Below are positions 48,786-60,707 of a DNA stretch of 64,000 nucleotides, piece after piece; within the stretch, counting starts at the first letter, position 1, and every line of letters begins with the position of its first letter. The stretch is from positions 5,952,001 to 6,016,000 of the forward strand of contig OZ024745.1 in the NCBI GenBank assembly GCA_964016885.1. The letters are read 5' to 3'. Both the position numbers and the translations under genes were made by a program. The notes beneath the pieces were generated by a model. The model worked only from the letters and a program-made list of their open reading frames with translations. It searched no databases and was not told where the DNA came from. This DNA is from Eledone cirrhosa. Its lineage: Eukaryota.

Positions 48786-49000
48786 AAGGTGAACTCGAAA
48801 ATGCAACTGGAGTCTTATTTTTTTTAAAATATATATACTTATTTGGTTCCTTTACCGGTTTCGCGTAAAGGAACCAAATAAATATATATATTTTTTTACT
48901 CCAGTTGCATTTTCGATTTCATCTTTTTTTCTTTGTACTTTCACTCGTGTAGGACACCTCGGTTATTTTTCATTTTGTAAAAAACAAACCTCACTTTCTA
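48785..49000. mobile_element. Fold-back insertion of PLE-like 3' end 'family E' in (TA)n
   Basis: Inverted arms ~48786-48856 and 48865-48926; homologous to 56725-56846; contains a hammerhead 3' half (GAAA-CCGG-TA) on the minus strand. Confidence 0.65.
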
Positions 49001-49040
49001 ATATATATATATATATATAATATATATAATATATATATAT

Positions 49041-49652
49041 AAATGCGAATCTCGATAATTTATGTTTGTATTATTCTCCCGACTCTAGCTAGTGACCAGT
49101 TAATTTTCTTGATTTTTTAGTTGATTCTATTGACTGATGAATAGCTTATGTTAATTTTAACCCTTCTGTTAGAGTTCTCTCTATTCGATTTGTGATGTTT
49201 TTGCATTCTTGCAAAGATATACACAACTGAATTCATTCGCCTGATATAGGGGTTGCCTCCCTTGCCGATACCCACGTGGGGTCAGCAATAGTCAGTCCTT
49301 GTATTAACATTGAACTAAAACCTGTTGAGAAAGTGGATTCCTTGTTCAATCATCTTACCAGAAGCCTGACATTATTTATGTAAGTGGACGGTACTTGATT
49401 TAGGAGCCGCAGAAACCCATATACTGGATTTTACCAACATTCCAGGGGTCCGGGTAAATTTTCAATACCCGAATTACTTGATCGTTTTTTTGGCTATGCG
49501 AATGATTGTTTAACCATCGTCTCAGTGTGTTTGGCCTTTAACGTTTGTTATAGCTCTGGTTCATCTGAATCATTGAGCACTTGCCGCACATCTCGGAGGT
49601 TGTTTTTCGTTATTTCGTGGGCCGAAATGCGAATCTCGATAATTTATGTTTG

Positions 49653-49653
<1 letters not shown>
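49041..49653. mobile_element. Unclassified 584-bp unit with 29-bp terminal direct repeat, inserted in (TA)n
   Basis: AAATGCGAATCTCGATAATTTATGTTTGT at 49041-49069 and 49625-49653. Confidence 0.55.
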
Positions 49654-49736
<83 letters not shown>

Positions 49737-49857
49737 GGAGGTGAGTTTTATTGTAGTACAATAAAGCAATGCAGATATCGGATAAGAAGCACTCTACAGT
49801 TTGTAGGACTGGAGTATACATAATATAAGATCAAAAGATGGTTAAAGGAGTTCCATG

Positions 49858-49928
49858 TATTTTATTATGCGCATTTCAAAAACAAACATCCTCATGCAAT
49901 AATATTTGTGTTTTCATCAGATAAAACA
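49858..49928 (-). ncRNA. Type I hammerhead ribozyme in PLE 3' UTR (left arm)
   Basis: Reverse complement of the motif at 55363-55433. Confidence 0.78.
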
Positions 49929-50992
49929 GGAGAACATGATATGAAGGCTAAAAAACACTTGTGGATAGTGCAGTTTTAAATCAACATATGAAAAGTGGTT
50001 TTAGATTGATGTGTGATATTGGGAAAAATATTTAGAGAGGGGGGTGGGGAGGATGAAAAAGGGGAGGAGATGAGAGGGAGAGATGGGTGATAGAGAGAAA
50101 GGGATAGTTTTTATAACTGAGAGAAGATATATTGTTTTACATAGAGAGGTTGAAAACCGTTGGAAGATAATGTATAAATTAAAAGAATTTGAAAATTAGC
50201 GAAGGGAAAGATATGTACGAGGAAAAAATATTTTATTTAGGGAGGGGGGTGGAAAGGATGAAAAAAGGGGGAGGAGATGAGAGTGAAGGTGGAGAGGGAG
50301 AGATGGGTGATAGAGAGAAAGAGATAGTTTTTATAACTGAGAAAAGATATATTGTTTTACATAGAGAGGTTGAGAACCGTTGGAAGATAATGTATAAATT
50401 AAAAGAATTTGAAAATTAGCGAAGGGAAAAATATTTGCGAGGAAAGAGAGGGAGTTTATGTATGAAGATAGAGAGAAAAAAATAATAATTGTGGATGAAT
50501 ATTCTAACGTGAAAAAGGTGTATGTTGATAAGTATTGTGGCAATTTCAAAATTAACGAAGAGAAAAAAAAAAAAAAAAAAAAAAATTATTAAGGTTTGTG
50601 TGTAGAAGGATTTGAGAAAAATAATGTGAAGTTAAAGTTTGTATATTGAAGGAATTGATAATATGTGCGAAGAACGAGTTAATATGTATTAAGAATGAGT
50701 TCGTTGATGGGGAGAAAAAAATAATAAATTAAGGATGAAATTGAGATTAAAAAGTTTTATGATAGAGAGAAAAAATAATAATAATTTCGGATGAATATTC
50801 TAACGTCAAAAAAACAAATGTATATGTTATGAAGGATTTTACAAGGTGAAGATAGAAAGAGGGTAATGAGTAAACAAGTATTATAGAGTGTATAATGCCC
50901 TTTAAAGTAAGGTAGGAAGATGGGTATATTTTAAAGAGGTGTATGTATATGTGCCTTTGAGAAAAGATTCTAAATTGATAAAGAATTGAATA

Positions 50993-52546
50993 TTAACTGT
51001 ATACTTTGTGAAAAGTCCTATAGAATTTATGCAGGCAGATAGAAAACAAATCTGTGCGTCTATTTATTATAGAATCTAGATTAGAGATAATGGTAAATTT
51101 TTCATTTAGGCAGAGATTACAGATTTTAGATAGAGAGCTGTTCAAGTATGAGGATGCAGAAGAAACCTTCTTCCAAAAGATGGTATATTTAATGTTTTTG
51201 TCTTTCAAGGACCATATGAGTTCTGAGAGAGCCGTGTTGGTTCTTTTAAGTTTGTATTTGAAAGATGAATGGTGATTATAGAGACGAGCTTTAAAAGAGG
51301 TGGAAGTGGAGCCAAAATAGGTGAAGGAATTGGTGCTAGTTATAACTTTACATTCATAAATTAAGTTTTTATCAAGACAATGGTTGTTGAGAGGACATTT
51401 ATTTTTAATGCGGCAGTTGCAATTAGAGAGATTATTAATGAGTGACCTAGTGTTATCTATAGAAGGAATTGGATTGGAGAAGTTGTTTGCGATAGGAATA
51501 ATAGGAATAATAGTTTCTTGATTTAGAGTTGGATTATGAACATTTAGCGAAGTTGTGTTTGACGTTGTATTTGGGTTTACAGAAGTTAGCCTAGGGTTTA
51601 CAATGACGTCGGGAGTACTATTACTGTTATTATGAAATTCAATGTTGGAAGGAAGAGATTTAGTATTTAGTATTTTATTGTTGTGTTTAGAGATGATGTT
51701 GGAAATATTGGAGGATGTAGAATACGAAAATGTGATGGTGTGTTTGTTAAATATTTTACTATAGATATGTGAGGGAGGGCAGCATTTATTTAAGGCACTA
51801 AAAAATAATTTAGGAATATTGTTATTAATAGAGATGGAGAAAGGAGCATTATACCAGATTATGTTTTTGTATCTAGGTCTTTTATTAAAATTATTGGAAT
51901 GATCATGATTAATTATTCTACTGTAAGTTTTTCTAGAATTTGTTTCTTTACTATATTTGATTTTATCTGGATAGCCAGCTTTAGAAAGTGCGTTATTATA
52001 GTAATTGGCGTTAGCATCAAAGATGTTTTTATTAGAAGATATGTTAGATATTCTTTTTCCAATATTACTAACTATAGCATTCTTGATATTGGTAGGATGG
52101 TTAGATTTAAAATTAACATAATTTAGGTTCTCATTGTTTTTATGGTAAGGGTAATATAGGCCAGTGTCAAGATTAAGAGATACATCCAAGAAATTAGCTA
52201 GTTTGATACTATTATCAAATTCAATTTTTAGGTTATGTTGGTTAAAGAGATTACGTATATTGTTCTTAATAATATTAAGGTTAACTATATTGCAATTTAA
52301 GATAGTAAAGAGTCCATCGTCACGATAAATTCCACCGCGAAGTTGAGGAATTTTCCGACTCAAAGAGTTCAAAATAAAGATACCAATTAAATCAGTCAAT
52401 TGGGATGAATCGGATGCTCCCATTGTGATGTCGAAGTTGTTAGAGGTATCGGCTCTGGTCCAATATTCGTTGTTGAACTCTAGGATGGTTTTACGTGCGG
52501 TGAGGATGATGTGAAGTTCATCACTTAAATATTCTGACATCACCAC
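50993..52546 (-). CDS. PLE polyprotein C-terminal part: RT, thumb, Asn-rich linker, Cys-rich motif and GIY-YIG endonuclease (5'-truncated)
   Basis: MGASDSSQLTDLIG, IYRDDG, NFLDV, CNCRIKNKCPLNNHC, LIYECKV...YFGST...FKARLYNH, CNLCLNEK...CLH. Confidence 0.9.
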   Translation of the reverse strand: MVMSEYLSDELHIILTARKTILEFNNEYWTRADTSNNFDITMGASDSSQLTDLIGIFILNSLSRKIPQLRGGIYRDDGLFTILNCNIVNLNIIKNNIRNLFNQHNLKIEFDNSIKLANFLDVSLNLDTGLYYPYHKNNENLNYVNFKSNHPTNIKNAIVSNIGKRISNISSNKNIFDANANYYNNALSKAGYPDKIKYSKETNSRKTYSRIINHDHSNNFNKRPRYKNIIWYNAPFSISINNNIPKLFFSALNKCCPPSHIYSKIFNKHTITFSYSTSSNISNIISKHNNKILNTKSLPSNIEFHNNSNSTPDVIVNPRLTSVNPNTTSNTTSLNVHNPTLNQETIIPIIPIANNFSNPIPSIDNTRSLINNLSNCNCRIKNKCPLNNHCLDKNLIYECKVITSTNSFTYFGSTSTSFKARLYNHHSSFKYKLKRTNTALSELIWSLKDKNIKYTIFWKKVSSASSYLNSSLSKICNLCLNEKFTIISNLDSIINRRTDLFSICLHKFYRTFHKVYS

Positions 52547-52547
52547 A

Positions 52548-54077
52548 GATGAACTTCACATCATCCTCACCGCACGTAAAACCATCCTAGAGTTCAACAA
52601 CGAATATTGGACCAGAGCCGATACCTCTAACAACTTCGACATCACAATGGGAGCATCCGATTCATCCCAATTGACTGATTTAATTGGTATCTTTATTTTG
52701 AACTCTTTGAGTCGGAAAATTCCTCAACTTCGCGGTGGAATTTATCGTGACGATGGACTCTTTACTATCTTAAATTGCAATATAGTTAACCTTAATATTA
52801 TTAAGAACAATATACGTAATCTCTTTAACCAACATAACCTAAAAATTGAATTTGATAATAGTATCAAACTAGCTAATTTCTTGGATGTATCTCTTAATCT
52901 TGACACTGGCCTATATTACCCTTACCATAAAAACAATGAGAACCTAAATTATGTTAATTTTAAATCTAACCATCCTACCAATATCAAGAATGCTATAGTT
53001 AGTAATATTGGAAAAAGAATATCTAACATATCTTCTAATAAAAACATCTTTGATGCTAACGCCAATTACTATAATAACGCACTTTCTAAAGCTGGCTATC
53101 CAGATAAAATCAAATATAGTAAAGAAACAAATTCTAGAAAAACTTACAGTAGAATAATTAATCATGATCATTCCAATAATTTTAATAAAAGACCTAGATA
53201 CAAAAACATAATCTGGTATAATGCTCCTTTCTCCATCTCTATTAATAACAATATTCCTAAATTATTTTTTAGTGCCTTAAATAAATGCTGCCCTCCCTCA
53301 CATATCTATAGTAAAATATTTAACAAACACACCATCACATTTTCGTATTCTACATCCTCCAATATTTCCAACATCATCTCTAAACACAACAATAAAATAC
53401 TAAATACTAAATCTCTTCCTTCCAACATTGAATTTCATAATAACAGTAATAGTACTCCCGACGTCATTGTAAACCCTAGGCTAACTTCTGTAAACCCAAA
53501 TACAACGTCAAACACAACTTCGCTAAATGTTCATAATCCAACTCTAAATCAAGAAACTATTATTCCTATTATTCCTATCGCAAACAACTTCTCCAATCCA
53601 ATTCCTTCTATAGATAACACTAGGTCACTCATTAATAATCTCTCTAATTGCAACTGCCGCATTAAAAATAAATGTCCTCTCAACAACCATTGTCTTGATA
53701 AAAACTTAATTTATGAATGTAAAGTTATAACTAGCACCAATTCCTTCACCTATTTTGGCTCCACTTCCACCTCTTTTAAAGCTCGTCTCTATAATCACCA
53801 TTCATCTTTCAAATACAAACTTAAAAGAACCAACACGGCTCTCTCAGAACTCATATGGTCCTTGAAAGACAAAAACATTAAATATACCATCTTTTGGAAG
53901 AAGGTTTCTTCTGCATCCTCATACTGGAACAGCTCTCTATCTAAAATCTGTAATCTCTGCCTAAATGAAAAATTTACCATTATCTCTAATCTAGATTCTA
54001 TAATAAATAGACGCACAGATTTGTTTTCTATCTGCCTGCATAAATTCCATAGGACTTTTCACAAAGTATACAGTTAA
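52548..54077 (+). CDS. PLE polyprotein C-terminal part, inverted duplicate (5'-truncated; frame open from 52548, ORF call at 52647)
   Basis: Matches the minus-strand ORF except L>W (SSYLN/SSYWN) and Y>H (KFYR/KFHR). Confidence 0.9.
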   Translation, partial: DELHIILTARKTILEFNNEYWTRADTSNNFDITMGASDSSQLTDLIGIFILNSLSRKIPQLRGGIYRDDGLFTILNCNIVNLNIIKNNIRNLFNQHNLKIEFDNSIKLANFLDVSLNLDTGLYYPYHKNNENLNYVNFKSNHPTNIKNAIVSNIGKRISNISSNKNIFDANANYYNNALSKAGYPDKIKYSKETNSRKTYSRIINHDHSNNFNKRPRYKNIIWYNAPFSISINNNIPKLFFSALNKCCPPSHIYSKIFNKHTITFSYSTSSNISNIISKHNNKILNTKSLPSNIEFHNNSNSTPDVIVNPRLTSVNPNTTSNTTSLNVHNPTLNQETIIPIIPIANNFSNPIPSIDNTRSLINNLSNCNCRIKNKCPLNNHCLDKNLIYECKVITSTNSFTYFGSTSTSFKARLYNHHSSFKYKLKRTNTALSELIWSLKDKNIKYTIFWKKVSSASSYWNSSLSKICNLCLNEKFTIISNLDSIINRRTDLFSICLHKFHRTFHKVYS

Positions 54078-54641
54078 TATTCAATTCTTTATCAATTTAG
54101 AATCTTTTCTCAAAGGCACATATACATACACCTCTTTAAAATATACCCATCTTCCTACCTTACTTTAAAGGGCATTATACACTCTATAATACTTGTTTAC
54201 TCATTACCCTCTTTCTATCTTCACCTTGTAAAATCCTTCATAACATATACATTTGTTTTTTTGACGTTAGAATATTCATCCGAAATTATTATTATTTTTT
54301 CTCTCTATCATAAAACTTTTTAATCTCAATTTCATCCTTAATTTATTATTTTTTTCTCCCCATCAACGAACTCATTCTTAATACATATTAACTCGTTCTT
54401 CGCACATATTATCAATTCCTTCAATATACAAACTTTAACTTCACATTATTTTTCTCAAATCCTTCTACACACAAACCTTAATAATTTTTTTTTTTTTTTT
54501 TTTTTTTCTCTTCGTTAATTTTGAAATTGCCACAATACTTATCAACATACACCTTTTTCACGTTAGAATATTCATTCACAATTATTATTTTTTTCTCTCT
54601 ATCTTCATACATAAACTCCCTCTCTTTCCTCGCAAATATTT

Positions 54642-55260
54642 TTCCCTTCGCTAATTTTCAAATTCTTTTAATTTATACATTATCTTCCAACGGTTCTCAA
54701 CCTCTCTATGTAAAACAATATATCTTTTCTCAGTTATAAAAACTATCTCTTTCTCTCTATCACCCATCTCTCCCTCTCCACCTTCACTCTCATCTCCTCC
54801 CCCTTTTTTCATCCTTTCCACCCCCCTCCCTAAATAAAATATTTTTTCCTCGTACATATCTTTCCCTTCGCTAATTTTCAAATTCTTTTAATTTATACAT
54901 TATCTTCCAACGGTTCTCAACCTCTCTATGTAAAACAATATATCTTTTCTCAGTTATAAAAACTATCTCTTTCTCTCTATCACCCATCTCTCCCTCTCCA
55001 CCTTCACTCTCATCTCCTCCCCCTTTTTTCATCCTTTCCACCCCCCTCCCTAAATAAAATATTTTTTCCTCGTACATATCTTTCCCTTCGCTAATTTTCA
55101 AATTCTTTTAATTTATACATTATCTTCCAACGGTTTTCAACCTCTCTATGTAAAACAATATATCTTCTCTCAGTTATAAAAACTATCCCTTTCTCTCTAT
55201 CACCCATCTCTCCCTCTCATCTCCTCCCCTTTTTCATCCTCCCCCCCCCCCCTCTCTAAA
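54642..55260 (+). repeat. 220-bp tandem repeat within PLE 3' UTR (two full units plus a partial; one unit more than in the left arm)
   Basis: TTCCCTTCGCTAATTTTCAAATTC at ~54642, 54862 and 55082; only two occurrences in the left arm. Confidence 0.88.
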
Positions 55261-55362
55261 TATTTTTCCCAATATCACACATCAATCTAAAACCACTTTT
55301 CATATGTTGATTTAAAACTGCACTATCCACAAGTGTTTTTTAGCCTTCATATCATGTTCTCC

Positions 55363-55433
55363 TGTTTTATCTGATGAAAACACAAATATTATTGCATGAG
55401 GATGTTTGTTTTTGAAATGCGCATAATAAAATA
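55363..55433 (+). ncRNA. Type I hammerhead ribozyme in PLE 3' UTR (right arm)
   Basis: TGTTTTAT-CTGATGA(55371-77)-long stem II-GAAA(55414-17)-TGCGCA-TA-ATAAAATA. Confidence 0.8.
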
Positions 55434-55463
55434 CATGGAACTCCTTTAACCATCTTTTGATCT

Positions 55464-55548
<85 letters not shown>

Positions 55549-56120
55549 TACATTTACACATATATATATACATAACTTTGATATATATATATATATATAT
55601 ACATAAACATATATATATATATATATATATACATGATGGCTACCCCCCTCGTTATCGAGCATGGTCATTGCACGATATAACATTATTAATAATTATCAAT
55701 TAATTATATCGTGCAATGCCTGTGCGTGAAGATTTTTTTTTAAAGTGAAGAAAGACTGTGCACTGAGCCAATCCCACTCTCTGAGCAACAGTGGCTATAA
55801 CCCGAAAAGAAGAAAAGATCAATATCATCGGTAACTACTGAGACGTAGGTTTTGTGTTGGAGTTATCCCAGTTTCCTGAGTTGCCTTCTCCTAGAAGAAC
55901 GCCTTCATAAAGGCTAGGGGTCCTTCCCTTCCAGTGGTTTAACCGCGCGATCTGGTATCCAGCCTGACTATTTCGATGTCCCCGCGCATATACATACATA
56001 TGTACATGTGTACAAACATATTTACACATTTTTGGATGGCCGTTGACTCTTATGAGTTCTTCCGCCCTTTGTCAGGTTTTGTTTTTTGTCCACTACGAAT
56101 ATTACCTTCCAGTGTTCTAC

Positions 56121-56189
<69 letters not shown>

Positions 56190-56275
56190 CCATACTTACT
56201 GAACCAGAAAATTCTCCCCATCCCTTTTTTCTTGACCATTATCTTTCTCTAAATGGCTACCAAAATGTTCCCAAA

Positions 56276-56600
56276 TACGAACTGGCGCGAAATTGAATGT
56301 ACTTATTCACGTGACAGTCATAACCAATCAAATTACATTTATAAAAAAACAACTTTTTGAGCCGCTTTTTTAAGTGAAAAGAATCCTCAAACACGAACTG
56401 GCGCGAAAGTTGATGTGCTTATTTACGTGACTATATCAACCAACCAAATTTCACTCATATATGAAAAAACAATCTGAGCCCCCCACCCCCCCACCCCATT
56501 TTTTTAAAGGCAAATATAATAAGAACTTTGAAACGCGAACTGGCGCGAAATTTATTATACTTATTCACGTGACAGTCATCACCAAACCAAATTACTTTTC
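56276..56600. promoter_or_regulatory. Three degenerate repeats, each with an E2F-type site and an E-box
   Basis: ACTGGCGCGAAA at ~56281, 56397 and 56539, each followed ~15 nt later by T(C/T)ACGTGAC. Confidence 0.3.
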
Positions 56601-56724
56601 TAAAAAACCCAGCAATCCGAGCCACTATTTTCCAGATAAAACAGAAGTAACATTCGAACACCAACCAGATGCGAGAAAAACAACAAACCCTCCATCTCAA
56701 TTCTACTTTTGAAAAGCATAAGAA

Positions 56725-56846
56725 CTGTGAAACCGGTAAAGGAAACAAATAAATATTCTTAAAAAGACTCCAGTTGCATTTTCGATTTCATCTTTTTTCC
56801 TTATACTTTCACTCGTGTAGGACATCTGTTTTTTTTCATTTTCTTA
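56725..56846 (+). mobile_element. 3'-end fragment of family E starting at a hammerhead 3' half
   Basis: GAAACCGGTAAAGG at 56729; homologous to 48865-48975; ends in (CA)n(TA)n. Confidence 0.6.
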
Positions 56847-56847
56847 T

Positions 56848-56987
<140 letters not shown>

Positions 56988-57174
56988 AATACAATATCGG
57001 AGAAAGCTTTTTAGCGATACTCCGGCCAAATTCCAACTCACTCAACAAACATTAGGAAATAAGTGATTATATTCCCAATTATGTGTTCGGGGTGCTAACT
57101 AAAAGTATTGCGTGGAAGATTGGGTGTATTATTTCAAATGAGACATATCTAATATATATATATATATATGTATG

Positions 57175-57515
57175 TAAAAGGTAAACAGAAATAACAACAC
57201 AATCAGTACAGTATATGGAAGGGATATATTAGGTTAACGCTTGATATAGCAGGAAGAGGGTCTTAACGGTCTTAACATTTCGGACGCTAGTCCTTCATCA
57301 GAAGAAAGAATGAGAAATAAAATAGATTGAGGGGACGGGTGGGTTGGAATTGGAAAAAAATGTCTTTAGATAAAAATAACAGGTCCATTCATGTTGACAT
57401 CTCTTGCAAAACTATTGGTGCTGGCGTTTTGTGTATAATTTGTTTTTTAGAAAAGTGGATGATGGAGCGCGTCTACCTGAAATAAAAAAAAAACGTTTTG
57501 TAAAAAGAGCATGAG

Positions 57516-57583
<68 letters not shown>

Positions 57584-59358
57584 ATAGGTCCGTACGAAGC
57601 TAAGAAGAAATGTGTGTGTATGTGAGTAAAAGAGTGTGTGTGCATGTAAGTACGAAGCTATGAGCAAAAGTATGTTAATATAAGGGTGTGTATCGGCATG
57701 CATTAGTAGTAAGAGAAGCTGCTAATGATCAAGAGAAAGCGATAGGAATCTAGGGGTGTAATAATGGACGGGGTATTAGAGAAATTGGGGAGGTGAGTTG
57801 AGTCCAAGAAGGGAATAGGACCCAAGACGGTGAATCAGACTTTGTTCAGTCCTGGTGCGCGAGGCCTGTGATCCATGATGTAAATGGACACCCAGGACTG
57901 AAACATATAGGGAAGAATGACCAGGAGAACAGAAATGACGAGCGACAGGAGTATCCAAACCGGGTCGTATGTCCCTCAAATGTTCGGCAAAACGGTCTGC
58001 CATACGGCGTCCCGTTTGTCCGATATATAAAGACCCGCAAAGGGAACACTGGAGGGCATAGACAACGTGGGTGGATGTGCAGGTGAAGGAATGGCGGATA
58101 CGGAAAGACCCGTTAGGGCCTGTAAGAGTAGTGGAAATAAAGAGAAAAGTGTTGCAGCGGCAACGGGAACAAGGATGAGAGCCGGGTGGAGTCGTGGGAG
58201 AGGACGAAAAAGAACTGTGAACCAGGAGGTCGTGGAGGTTTCGGGTGCACTTAAAAGCAGTAATGGGTCGGTTTTGAAAAAAGCGAGAAGTGACGGGGAC
58301 AGAAGAGAGGATACGGAAGGAACGGAGGATATGTCGCCGGAGTGGTAGGATGATGGGGTGGTGGTAGGTGAGAGGAAAAGGAACGCGGGTATTGGGAGGG
58401 CGGGGGTGAGGTGAGCGGGCTGTGGTGCGGTCTGTTTCACGAGCGCGGGTGAGAGCAGCTTGGATCAGGGTGGGGGGATATCCACGCAGGATGAAGCAGG
58501 AAGCCATGCGAAGGGAATGGCTACAGAGTCGACGAAGACGGAGGAATTGGTAATAGGGTATGGAGTGTTTGGTGTGGGTTGGATGGGAGGAGGTGAAGTC
58601 GAGGTAAGATTGGGAGTCTGTTGGTTTAATGTAGATGAAAGTAGAGAGGGTGTAGTGAGAGTGATTAATAGATAGAGAGGTATCTAGAAAAGCGACAGAA
58701 GAATCGCAGACGGAGGCGGTGAAATTGAGAGCAGGATGGAAAGATTGGACAAAAGAAAGAAAACAGTCGAGCTGTTCTCGTGATAGAGAGATGGCACCGA
58801 TACAGTCATCGATTTAACGACCGTATAGCTCAGGAGTTGGTCCAGCGTACTGGGAGAAGATCTGGGCTTCGACGTAGCCAACAAACAGGTTGGCATAGTT
58901 TGGACCCATTCTGGTTCCCATCGCTACCCCAGAGACCTGCCGGTAAAATTCACCCGAAAAAGAAAATCCATTAAGGGTGAGAATAAGCTCAGCCAGAAGG
59001 AGAAGAGTGGTAGTGATGGGTAAGGGGTAGGGCGTAAATCTAAAAAATGCTGGAGAGCGCGGAGGCCGTCATCATGAGGGATGACGGTATAGAGAGAAGT
59101 GATGTCCAGGGTAAAGAGGTGGGAGGGGCCAGGAGGGAAAGAAAAAGAGTTGAAAAGTCTAAGGGCATGATTTGTATCGTGGATGTGGGAGGGGAGATTG
59201 CCGACCAACGGGGCGAGGATGGTGTCTAAATATTCAGAAATTATCTCGGTGGGGCAGTTGCACGCAGAAACGATAGGACGGTCAGGATTATTTTGTTTGT
59301 GTATTTGGGGGAGGAAGTAGATGGTGGGTGTGCGAGGGGTGCGTACAATAAGGTTGGT
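57175..59358 (-). mobile_element. Degenerate, frameshifted Penelope-like element (Neptune-like), RT + GIY-YIG + 3' UTR
   Basis: ORF pieces YFLPQIHK...RPIVS...LFTLDITSLYTVIPH (58924-59379) and HPCSRCRCNT...VVYALQCSLCGSLYIGQTGRRMADRFAEH...GLN (57776-58507); microsatellite flanks. Confidence 0.9.
57270..57305 (-). ncRNA. Minimal type I hammerhead ribozyme in the Neptune-like PLE 3' UTR
   Basis: Minus strand: TCTT-CTGATGA-A-GGAC-TAGC-GTCC-GAAA-TG-TT-AAGA. Confidence 0.82.
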
Positions 59359-59386
59359 TATACACACACACACGCACACATATATA

Positions 59387-59442
<56 letters not shown>

Positions 59443-59444
59443 AT

Positions 59445-60676
<1,232 letters not shown>

Positions 60677-60707
60677 CATATATATATATACATACATATA
60701 TATATAT

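Larger units (their letters stand above)
49734..55470. mobile_element. Palindromic (head-to-head) 5'-truncated Penelope-like element, Naiad-type
   Basis: Left arm 49734-52522 (minus), 25-nt spacer, right arm 52548-55470 (plus); arms almost identical; (TA)n on both flanks. Confidence 0.93.

Noticed and set aside
49225-49300. HDV-like ribozyme (CCACGT loop and GGCGAATG on the minus strand)
   Set aside because: Could not assign the nested P1/P2/P3/P1.1 pseudoknot; folds more simply as a hairpin.
50993-54077. Selenocysteine-encoding Naiad variant
   Set aside because: No in-frame TGA in the visible ORF; the Cys motifs use ordinary Cys codons.
50189-55101. Small ORFs in the PLE UTRs and antisense to the PLE ORF
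   Set aside because: Shadow frames of the element and its 220-bp repeat.
55860-55990. RTE-type 5' UTR fragment (CTAGGAGAAGGCAACTC on the minus strand)
   Set aside because: Only a short remembered resemblance, with no adjacent RTE ORF.
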